Shown here one piece after another: positions 1 through 7,790 of a stretch of 64,000 nt of DNA (position 1 is its first letter; every line of letters begins with the position of its first letter). The notes under the pieces were generated by a model. It searched no databases. It was not told the DNA's origin and saw nothing but the letters and a program-made list of their open reading frames with translations. Source of the DNA: Thermoanaerobaculia bacterium (GTDB lineage: Bacteria > Acidobacteriota > Thermoanaerobaculia > Multivoradales > Multivoraceae); NCBI GenBank assembly GCA_963664405.1, contig OY761158.1, forward strand, positions 6,592,001 through 6,656,000, in the 5' to 3' direction. A program made the position numbers and the translations under genes.

Positions 1-994
1 GAATCGTCGAGAGGCCGGCGGTGAGCAGAGCTTGAGTGGCCTGTTCCTGCAGGACACCCTCGATTTCGGAGAGAGGCTCCAACTGCAGTTCGGGGCGCGA
101 GTCGATCGATGGGAGAGCGAAGACGGGTTTCGTCTGCAGACCCGCCGAAGCACCGGCGCGGTGCTGCGAGACGAGAGACCTCCGGATCGAGATGAAACCG
201 AATTCAGCCCGCGTGTTTCGATGCTCTACAAGCCTCGTGCGGGGGTCGGCCTGCGCGCCTCCGCGTACGAGGCCTTCCGGGCGCCGACCATCAACGAGCT
301 CTTTCGTCCCTTCCGAGTTGGCAACGACATCACCGAGGCCAATGCCGAGCTCAACCCCGAGGAGTTGCTCGGGCTCGAGCTCGGAGCTGACCTTCGCGGT
401 CGCCGAGTGCGAGGAAAGTTGACTGCTTTCTGGAATCAGGTCGACGATCCCATCGCCAATGTGACCCTGGCCCTGGGCCCGGGCGTGATCGCTCCTTGCG
501 GCTTTACCCCCGGCGGCGGCTCTTGCCGTCAGCGGCAGAATCTCGATCGCACTGAGATTGTCGGCTGGGAGGCCGAGTTCGACGTGCGACCGAACCCTCA
601 TTGGCGTTTCAACGTGAGCTATCTCATGAGCGACGCCGAGATTCGGAGAGCGCCAGGCCATCCCGAGCTCGAGGGTAACCGCCTGGCACAGGTTCCGGAG
701 AGTCAGGCAGTGGCCGGTCTCGGCTATACGAGCAGCCGCGGATTCGATGTTTCGATTCTCGGGCGTTACCTGGACGAGCAGTTCGAGGACGATCTCAACT
801 CTCGAGAGCTTGCGGCCGTCACCACTGTCGGTCTGGCGATCTCGAGCCCGGTCGGCGATCGCTGGAATGTATTCCTTCGCTTCGAGAATCTCTTCGACGA
901 AGAGGTTGAAGTGGGGGAGAGCGCGAGTGGGCTGGTGGCCATCGGGACGCCGTTTCTGGTCCACGGTGGGTTCAGGTTCCGACTCGGTCGGTAG
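1..994 (+). CDS. TonB-dependent receptor, C-terminal beta-barrel part (5' truncated by window edge)
   Basis: Barrel-strand motifs FSPRVSMLY, AFRAPTINELFRPF, NAELNPE, FENLFDEE and an aromatic C-terminus (GGFRFRLGR); the stop TAG 992-994 is also the end of a MITE. Confidence 0.9.
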   Translation, partial: NRREAGGEQSLSGLFLQDTLDFGERLQLQFGARVDRWESEDGFRLQTRRSTGAVLRDERPPDRDETEFSPRVSMLYKPRAGVGLRASAYEAFRAPTINELFRPFRVGNDITEANAELNPEELLGLELGADLRGRRVRGKLTAFWNQVDDPIANVTLALGPGVIAPCGFTPGGGSCRQRQNLDRTEIVGWEAEFDVRPNPHWRFNVSYLMSDAEIRRAPGHPELEGNRLAQVPESQAVAGLGYTSSRGFDVSILGRYLDEQFEDDLNSRELAAVTTVGLAISSPVGDRWNVFLRFENLFDEEVEVGESASGLVAIGTPFLVHGGFRFRLGR

Positions 995-1156
995 TGTCCT
1001 GTACCAGTAGTTCGTCACATAACTCGCTGGCCCTTTTGCGTCCTGCCGTCGTTGCACCTCCTCGAAATATTCCCAATATGACTTCGTCGGCCCGCCTTGG
1101 CAGCCCACAAAATGACTGCGCGATTCATGCAACGAACCACTGATACAGGACACTAG
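992..1156. mobile_element. MITE copy 1 (TIR type A: TAGTGTCCTGT...ACAGGACACTAG)
   Basis: ~24-bp imperfect terminal inverted repeats (tagtgtcctgtaccagtagttcgt / acgaaccactgatacaggacacta); central core cctcctcgaaatattcccaatatgacttcgtcggcccgcctt is shared with the four other copies. Confidence 0.8.
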
Positions 1157-1157
1157 C

Positions 1158-2549
1158 GTGAAGAGGGCGACCCTAGGGGCACTCGGCGCTGCCGGGCTGC
1201 TGCTTGCCCTCCCAGTTCCCTCGTCGGCCCAAGACTCGGATGGGTCGACGCTGGGTGACGAGGCGGTCGAGATTCTGCAGAATTATCTCCGGGTGGATAC
1301 CATCAACCCGCCGGGTAACGAGATGCGTGCGGTCGAGTTCTTCGCCGCTCTTCTCGAGCGTGAAGGAATCGCCTACGAAAGCGCGGAGTCGGAGCCTGGC
1401 CGAGGCAATATCTGGGCCCGTATCGCGGGCGGCGATGAGCCAGGGCTGGTGCTTCTCCACCACTCCGACGTGGTGCCTGCGGATGAGGAGCACTGGTCGC
1501 TGGACCCGCTCTCAGGAGAGATCGTCGACGGGTTCCTTCACGGCCGAGGCGCCCTGGACACCAAGAGTCTGGGGGTCCAACACTTTCTCGCCTTTGTCGC
1601 ACTCCATCGAGCCGGAGTGAAGCCGCGTCGAGATGTCATCTTCATGGCCACGGCCGACGAGGAGGCTGGAGGCTTCGCAGGGGCTGGATGGATGGTCGAG
1701 AACAGACCTGAGGTCTTTCGCGATGTCGGCTTCCTGCTCAATGAAGGGGGCCGAGGCTTGGTTCAGGACGGAGGTGTCTCGTTCAGTGTGGAGATCACGC
1801 AGAAGGTTCCTCTTTGGCTCGAGTTGACCGCGGAGGGTCAGGCGGGGCACGGCTCGATACCCCCCGTCGAGTCGGCCGTAAATCGACTGGTGCGAGCGCT
1901 GGGTCGGCTGCAGACGGCCAAGTTCGAGCCTCGCGTCGTTCCGGCAGTAGATACCTTTTTCAGGGCGATGGCTCCCCAGGCCGGGGAGGAGTGGCGCCCT
2001 CATTACGAGAATATTGCCGAGGCCGTCGCGGATCCAGATATTCTTCTCCGCCTCCAGCTCGAGAACCGATACCTCGCTGCCATTGTGAGAAACACCTGCT
2101 CCCTGACCATGCTGACGGGTAGCACCAAGATCAACGTAGTGCCGCCAACGGCCTCAGCTCAGCTGGATTGCCGACTCTTGCCTGACCAGGACCTCGATTC
2201 CTTCGTCGAAGAGCTCACGGCTATTCTCAACGAGCCGGCGATCTCGATCCGGCGGATCATGGGTTTTACGCCGGCAGTGTCGAGTACTGATACCGAGCTC
2301 TACCGAGAGATCGAGACTTTAGTCGGGCGGCATTTCCCTGGCGCTCCGGTGATCCCCACGGTCGCCGCGGGCTTTACCGACAGCCACTTCTTTCGCGATC
2401 TCGGAATCACGAGCTACGGCTTCGGTACCCTGGTTCTAAGCTCTGAGGAGTCCAGCGGGGTGCACGGTAACGACGAGCGGGTGCCCGTCGAGCAGCTGAG
2501 GAGGGGCACCCTGCTGATGGCTGAGCTCGTTCTTCGCTTCGTCGAGTAG
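1158..2549 (+). CDS. M20/M25/M40 family metallopeptidase (secreted)
   Basis: Signal peptide; HSDVVP, GRGALDTK, ADEEAGG, LNEGG, GHGS, GFTDSHFFR and HGNDER motifs. Confidence 0.92.
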   Translation: MKRATLGALGAAGLLLALPVPSSAQDSDGSTLGDEAVEILQNYLRVDTINPPGNEMRAVEFFAALLEREGIAYESAESEPGRGNIWARIAGGDEPGLVLLHHSDVVPADEEHWSLDPLSGEIVDGFLHGRGALDTKSLGVQHFLAFVALHRAGVKPRRDVIFMATADEEAGGFAGAGWMVENRPEVFRDVGFLLNEGGRGLVQDGGVSFSVEITQKVPLWLELTAEGQAGHGSIPPVESAVNRLVRALGRLQTAKFEPRVVPAVDTFFRAMAPQAGEEWRPHYENIAEAVADPDILLRLQLENRYLAAIVRNTCSLTMLTGSTKINVVPPTASAQLDCRLLPDQDLDSFVEELTAILNEPAISIRRIMGFTPAVSSTDTELYREIETLVGRHFPGAPVIPTVAAGFTDSHFFRDLGITSYGFGTLVLSSEESSGVHGNDERVPVEQLRRGTLLMAELVLRFVE

Positions 2550-2572
2550 CTCTCTCGTTGGAGCTGGTTGGC

Positions 2573-3334
2573 CTAATCGTGTCGCCGGAGAAGATAGTAG
2601 AGGTTGAGGCGATTCTCGCGGCCATCCCCGGAGAAGACCTCGAGCACTGAATAGGGAAGGCCGACGATGAGCCGCTCAGCCTCCGCGGGGTCGACGTGAT
2701 GACAGTAGCGAGCTGGAAGGGAGGTAGAGCTCTCTTCGCCCCAAGGCAGTAGGAAGTCCCCCTTCTCGAGATCTTTGGGGTCTATCGGCCCGCTGAGGAG
2801 GGTGTCCGCCTTAGACCAGGGCAGAGCGCGTCGCTGGAAGCGGGCTTCGGCTCCAAATTGCCAGTGGGACAGGGCCAGCAATCCGCCTGGAACGAGGCAA
2901 CGAGTGACCTCGTCGATGAGCTCTCGGCGGCGTGAGAAGGAGGGTATGTGATGCAGGAAACCGAGAGCGACCGCTAGATCTACGCTCGCAGATGAGAGAG
3001 GGATCGACGAATCCGGCAGACTGAGATCGACTGCCAGAAAATCTCCGGGAGCCCGGCGGGCCGCCTCGCTGAGGAGGGGGAGGCTTTGGTCGAGCCCGAT
3101 ATAGGAGTGCGGAGGGCTCAGGGTGGTGCCTGCGAGGCGGCCGAATCGGCCGTTGCCGCAGCCGAGGTCTAGAATACGCACCGGAAGCAGCCTGTGCCGA
3201 TGAGAACTGACAAGCTCGAGGAGCCGAGCCCACCCCCTCCAGGCCCCTTTGCGGGTGGAGGAGAAGGCTGCGGCATGAGATCTATAGAAGTGTTGGTTGA
3301 TACGGTTCAGTGCCGCGATCGTTCGCCGGTGCAT
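2573..3334 (-). CDS. Class I SAM-dependent methyltransferase, Trm9/ALKBH8-like
   Basis: ATG at 3334 with GGAG RBS; motifs FY..HAAAFSSTR..W, ILDLGCGNGR, FLHHIPS..RR, LVPGG, DFLLPW and RYCH. Confidence 0.8.
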   Translation of the reverse strand: MHRRTIAALNRINQHFYRSHAAAFSSTRKGAWRGWARLLELVSSHRHRLLPVRILDLGCGNGRFGRLAGTTLSPPHSYIGLDQSLPLLSEAARRAPGDFLAVDLSLPDSSIPLSSASVDLAVALGFLHHIPSFSRRRELIDEVTRCLVPGGLLALSHWQFGAEARFQRRALPWSKADTLLSGPIDPKDLEKGDFLLPWGEESSTSLPARYCHHVDPAEAERLIVGLPYSVLEVFSGDGRENRLNLYYLLRRHD

Positions 3335-3376
3335 CGCCGTTGCTCCAAACCAGGCCTTTGCCGGCCCCGAGGCTAA

Positions 3377-5149
3377 GTGCGCGAGCGCAGCTACTCTTTT
3401 TCTCCCGCTCGCTACCAGGCGGAGCTTAGCGCGATCATCCAGGAGTGCATGGCGGTTGGCGCGCTCGACGACGCGGCGCTGCAGCGCATCCTCCGGAAGT
3501 ACCCCAAGGACGGCCGGGGTTTCTTCTCCAAGAGCGAGATCATTCGCGGCTATCGTCATTTACAGAGCTCTGGCGGCGCGATCGATTTGGGCGAGGAGAG
3601 CGAGTTTGTCCGGCGGATGCGGATGAAGCCGGTGCGCACCGCCAGCGGCGTGGCGCCGGTCACGGTTCTCACTCAGCCTTTTCCGTGCCCCGGAGAGTGT
3701 GTCTTCTGTCCCAGCGACGTGCGGATGCCGAAGAGCTATCTGTCTAGCGAGCCCGGGGCTCAGCGCGCCGCACAACATCGCTTCGACCCCTATGCGCAAA
3801 CGGCTTCGCGGCTCACCACTCTTTACAATATCGGGCATTCGGTCGACAAAGTAGAGCTCATCGTTTTGGGCGGGACTTGGTCTTCTTACCCCCAGGGGTA
3901 TCGGGTTTGGTTCATCAAGCGCTGTTTTGATGCGCTCAACGACTTCGACTCCGTCCCGACCTCGCCAACCCCGCGGCTCAAGAGTGCTTTTGCCTTCGAA
4001 GGAGTAGAGGATCGAGTCGACGGCGCTGATCTCGTAGAGCGATACAACGAAGTCGTTCAGCGGGTATTTCGTGAGGATCCGGCCGCTCGCCCGGTGGGGC
4101 GGGCGGCATGGCTCGAGCTGAGCGCCGCGCAGCTACGCAACGAGACGAGCCCTGTGCGCTGTGTCGGGCTCTCTCTCGAGACCCGCCCGGATCACCTCAC
4201 TCGGGAGGAGGTCCTGGAAATGCGGCGCTTGGGAGCGACCAAGGTTCAGCTCGGTTACCAGAGTCTCGACGACGAGGTTCTGCGTCGGAATAGGCGGGGT
4301 CACGATGTCGCTGCGACTCGGAAGGCGATGACGGTGCTGAGGTCTGCCGGGTTCAAGATCCACGCCCACTGGATGCCCAACCTCCTCGGGTCCTCGCCCG
4401 ATCGGGATGTTGAAGACTTCGAGCGAATCTTCAGCGACGAGGCGCTGCGGCCGGATGAGCTCAAGATCTATCCCTGTAGCTTGGTGGAGAGCGCCGAGCT
4501 CATGAGCCACTATAGGGACGGGTCGTGGCGGCCCTACACAAAAGAAGAATTGGGCTGGGTCTTGGAAGAGTGCATGCTCCGCACACCACCCTGGTGTCGA
4601 TTGACGCGGGTGATTCGAGACATTCCGTCGACGGAGATCGTAACCGGGAACAAGCTGACCAATTTTCGTGAGATCGCGCAGGCTGGGCTACGCCGGCGCG
4701 GAGAGCGGGTTCGCGATATCCGGAGCAGGGAAGTGGGTGGGGACGAAGTGCGTCGCGAGGATCTACACCTCGAGGCGTTGGAGTATCGAAGCTCCGAGGG
4801 TCGAGAGATTTTTCTCCAGTATGTTGATCAGAGCGATCGTCTCGCGGCCTTTTTGCGGCTCTCGCTTCCGGAGCAGCGGCCGAGCATCGACGAGCTGCGA
4901 CAGAGCGCGATGATTCGCGAGGTGCACGTATACGGCACGCTGGTCGCTCTCGGCGAGCGATCGTCGGGGGCGGCGCAGCATCTTGGCCTGGGTCGGAGCT
5001 TGATCGAAGAGGGCTGTAGGCGCGGGGTCGAAGCGGGATTCGCCGACCTTGCGGTCATCTCTTCAGTCGGCACCCGGAACTACTATCGAGGACTGGGGTT
5101 CTTGGACGGCGAGCTCTATCAACATCGCGAACTGAGCTCGTCGGGATGA
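3377..5149 (+). CDS. elp3: Elp3 tRNA uridine(34) carboxymethyltransferase (radical SAM + KAT/GNAT)
   Basis: KPVRTASGVAPV, CPGECVFCP, PKSY, DKVELIVLGGTW, ETRPD, HWMPNL, LKIYP, RVIRDIP, IREVHVYG, QHLGLG and VISSVGTRNYY, all characteristic of Elp3. Confidence 0.93.
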   Translation: MRERSYSFSPARYQAELSAIIQECMAVGALDDAALQRILRKYPKDGRGFFSKSEIIRGYRHLQSSGGAIDLGEESEFVRRMRMKPVRTASGVAPVTVLTQPFPCPGECVFCPSDVRMPKSYLSSEPGAQRAAQHRFDPYAQTASRLTTLYNIGHSVDKVELIVLGGTWSSYPQGYRVWFIKRCFDALNDFDSVPTSPTPRLKSAFAFEGVEDRVDGADLVERYNEVVQRVFREDPAARPVGRAAWLELSAAQLRNETSPVRCVGLSLETRPDHLTREEVLEMRRLGATKVQLGYQSLDDEVLRRNRRGHDVAATRKAMTVLRSAGFKIHAHWMPNLLGSSPDRDVEDFERIFSDEALRPDELKIYPCSLVESAELMSHYRDGSWRPYTKEELGWVLEECMLRTPPWCRLTRVIRDIPSTEIVTGNKLTNFREIAQAGLRRRGERVRDIRSREVGGDEVRREDLHLEALEYRSSEGREIFLQYVDQSDRLAAFLRLSLPEQRPSIDELRQSAMIREVHVYGTLVALGERSSGAAQHLGLGRSLIEEGCRRGVEAGFADLAVISSVGTRNYYRGLGFLDGELYQHRELSSSG

Positions 5150-6591
5150 GCTCGCTCGGCGCGTTGTACCGCCCCTCAGCGGCGTTGGTTACTGACCTCT
5201 ACCAGTTGACCATGGCCTACGGTTATTGGCGTCATGGCATGGCGGAAAAGGAGGGCGTGTTTCACCTCTCCTTTCGTAGCAATCCCTTTGGAGGCGGCTA
5301 TACGGTGGCGGCGGGCCAGGGCCTCGTTGCAGGGCTGCTCGAGGACTTTCGTTTCGACCCGGAGGATCTGGCCTACCTGGCAACGCTCTCGGGTTCCGAT
5401 GGCGAGCTGCTCTTCCCTGGGCCGTTCTTGGCGCTGCTCAGGGACCTGGAGCTCGAGTGTGAGGTGCTCGCCGTGGAGGAGGGGCGGACTGTCTTCCCGG
5501 GCGAGCCCCTGCTCAGGGTTCAGGGTCCTCTCCTTCAGGGGCAGCTTCTGGAGACTCTTCTCCTCAATGTCGTTTCCTTCCAGTCGCTGATCGCGACCAA
5601 GGCGTCGCGAATCTGCTCTGCGGCCGGAGAGGACCCGGTCCTGGAGTTCGGCCTGCGACGAGCCCAGGGCACCGGCGGGGCCGTCGAAGGGGCACGAGCC
5701 GCGTACATCGGTGGTTGTGCCGCGACTTCGAATCTGGCGGCCGGTAGGCTGTGGGGCATCCCTGTTAGCGGGACCCACGCTCACAGCTGGGTCCTTGCAT
5801 TCGAAGACGAGGAAGCGGCGCTACAGGCGTATTCAGAGGCTCTTCCCGGGAATGCGACCCTCTTGGTCGATACCTACGACACCAAGCAGGGGGTGGAGAT
5901 TGCGGTGAGAGTCGCCTCCTCGCTTCGTCGGGCCGGGCACGAGCTCAACGGCGTACGTCTCGACTCCGGGGACCTGGTCGCGCTGAGCCGCTACGCGCGG
6001 GATGTTCTCGACCGCGAGGGGTTCGCGGAGGCGCGAGTGGTCGCGAGCGGCGACCTCGACGAGCACGAGATCGTCCGGTTGAAGGAGGCTGGAGCCTCTA
6101 TCGACATCTGGGGGGTCGGTACCCGTCTAGCGACCGCCTGGGGTCAGCCTGCGATGGAGGCTGTCTATAAGCTGTTGGCAGTTCGGGGCGGCGACGGAGA
6201 ATGGAGTTACCGGGCGAAGCGCTCGGAGGAAGCGGCGAAGTCTTCGACTCCGGGGATCTTGCAAACTGCACGTTTTCGTAAGGACGGACGAATGGTGGCG
6301 GATGTCGTCCTCAACGAGGAAGACGGCGTCGAGGTCACGACGACGAGTGTTGTCTGGCCACAGCGGTCTCGGCTCGAGTTGTCGGAGGAGCGACCAGAGC
6401 TGATGCTGAAGCCGCTTTTCGGCGAGGGGCGTCCGAGCATAGAGAGCCCGGACCTCGAGGAGCTTCGAGGGCGAGTGCGCGAGGAGATAGGCGCCCTACC
6501 TGAAGAGGTTCGCGGGCTGCGCCCGGAGGCCCGGTATCCTGTCGGGGTCACTGAGAGCCTGCACCGGCTGCGACAGCGGCTATTGGACTAG
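5146..6591 (+). CDS. pncB: Nicotinate phosphoribosyltransferase
   Basis: TDLYQLTM, EFGLRRAQG, SGTHAHSW, LVDTYD, RLDSGDL and WGVGT; ATGA overlap with elp3. Confidence 0.95.
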   Translation: MSSLGALYRPSAALVTDLYQLTMAYGYWRHGMAEKEGVFHLSFRSNPFGGGYTVAAGQGLVAGLLEDFRFDPEDLAYLATLSGSDGELLFPGPFLALLRDLELECEVLAVEEGRTVFPGEPLLRVQGPLLQGQLLETLLLNVVSFQSLIATKASRICSAAGEDPVLEFGLRRAQGTGGAVEGARAAYIGGCAATSNLAAGRLWGIPVSGTHAHSWVLAFEDEEAALQAYSEALPGNATLLVDTYDTKQGVEIAVRVASSLRRAGHELNGVRLDSGDLVALSRYARDVLDREGFAEARVVASGDLDEHEIVRLKEAGASIDIWGVGTRLATAWGQPAMEAVYKLLAVRGGDGEWSYRAKRSEEAAKSSTPGILQTARFRKDGRMVADVVLNEEDGVEVTTTSVVWPQRSRLELSEERPELMLKPLFGEGRPSIESPDLEELRGRVREEIGALPEEVRGLRPEARYPVGVTESLHRLRQRLLD

Positions 6592-6831
6592 ACCAGCGTT
6601 TCCAAAGTTCGCGCACATATCTCGGGCCCTTCTGCCCGCTGGCGTCGTTTCGCCTCCTCGACATATTGCCCAATATGCCTGCGTCAGCGCGCCTCGCCCC
6701 GGAAAACGGACCTACGGCCCGTTCTCCGGCCCATCCCCGCCTGAGAACTACTCGCCTGCTTCGCAGGCTCCTAGCCAGCGAACAGAATGACCTCAAGCTA
6801 TGCAGCACGAACTCTGGAAACGCTGGTCTAG
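6588..6831. mobile_element. MITE copy 2 (TIR type B: CTAGACCAGCGTTTCCA...TGGAAACGCTGGTCTAG) with a 78-bp extra insert
   Basis: 17-bp perfect TIR including CTAG; near-identical to 21743-21908 and 38786-38952 except for the insert at 6693-6770. Confidence 0.9.
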
Positions 6832-7706
6832 GAGGCCACAAGGTCTCTCATTGCCTCCGCTACGTCGGTGAAGGCGAAGCGGTAGCCGAGCTCTTGCGCC
6901 CGGCGCGGGAGCACGCTCTGGCCGGTGAGGAGCACCTCTGCGACCTCGCCGAGGGCGAGCCTGAGGGCGATCGCTGGAACCTTGAAGAGAGTGGGTCGGT
7001 GGAGGGCCGAGCCGAGACTATTGGCGAGCTCGGTCATAGTTACCGGATTGGGTGCAGTTAGATTGAAAGTACCTTCGGCAGCCTCCGACTCGAGAAGGAA
7101 GCTCAGGAGATGAGCCGCGTCGTCGATGTGGATCCACGAGACCCACTGACGGCCGGAGCCGAGAGCGCCGCCAAGGCCGAGTCTGAATGGTGGCAGCATG
7201 CGCTGAAGCGCGCCGCCTCCTCGGCCGAGGATGACTCCGATTCGGGCCGAGAGCGTGCGTACCCCTGCTTCTCGAGCGGGCCCGGCGGCGGACTCCCAGT
7301 CGGCGCATAGCCGGGCCAGAAAGTCGTCTCCCGGCGGGGAGCTCTCGTCCAGGCCGAGTCGTGTGCTAGGGCCGTAGAAGCCGACCGCTGACGCGCAAAC
7401 AAAGACGGAGGGTCGATGTTCAGCGACCAGGGCGGCCAGTCTCCTCGTGGTCTCGAGTCGGCTCGAGATCAGGATCTCCTTCTGCTTGGCTGTCCAGCGG
7501 CGGGAAAAGAGGTTCTCTCCAGCTAGGTGAACTACCGCGTCAGCCGCCTCTACGCCGGCCTCCAGGCTCTCGTCGGACCAGTCGTATCCTTCGCTGGATC
7601 GCTGGCGGCTCACGCACAGTGGCTCATGGCCTCTCTCGGCGAGGTGTTGCTGAAGTCGGGTCCCGAGAAAGCCTGAAGCTCCTGTTACCAAGACCTTCAT
7701 TTTCAT
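6828..7706 (-). CDS. TIGR01777 family NAD-dependent epimerase/oxidoreductase (YfcH-like)
   Basis: VTGASGFLG, HLAGE, SAVGFYG, GSGRQWVSWIHIDD and C-terminal DUF1731-like VLPRRAQELGYRF. Confidence 0.92.
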   Translation of the reverse strand: MKMKVLVTGASGFLGTRLQQHLAERGHEPLCVSRQRSSEGYDWSDESLEAGVEAADAVVHLAGENLFSRRWTAKQKEILISSRLETTRRLAALVAEHRPSVFVCASAVGFYGPSTRLGLDESSPPGDDFLARLCADWESAAGPAREAGVRTLSARIGVILGRGGGALQRMLPPFRLGLGGALGSGRQWVSWIHIDDAAHLLSFLLESEAAEGTFNLTAPNPVTMTELANSLGSALHRPTLFKVPAIALRLALGEVAEVLLTGQSVLPRRAQELGYRFAFTDVAEAMRDLVAS

Positions 7707-7790
7707 CGGCAGTCGCTCTGGTGCATCCAGGGGTCGGGTGCTCGGGTATCATCGCCGGGCTCGCCAATGGACTTGCGCTAATCGTACAGT

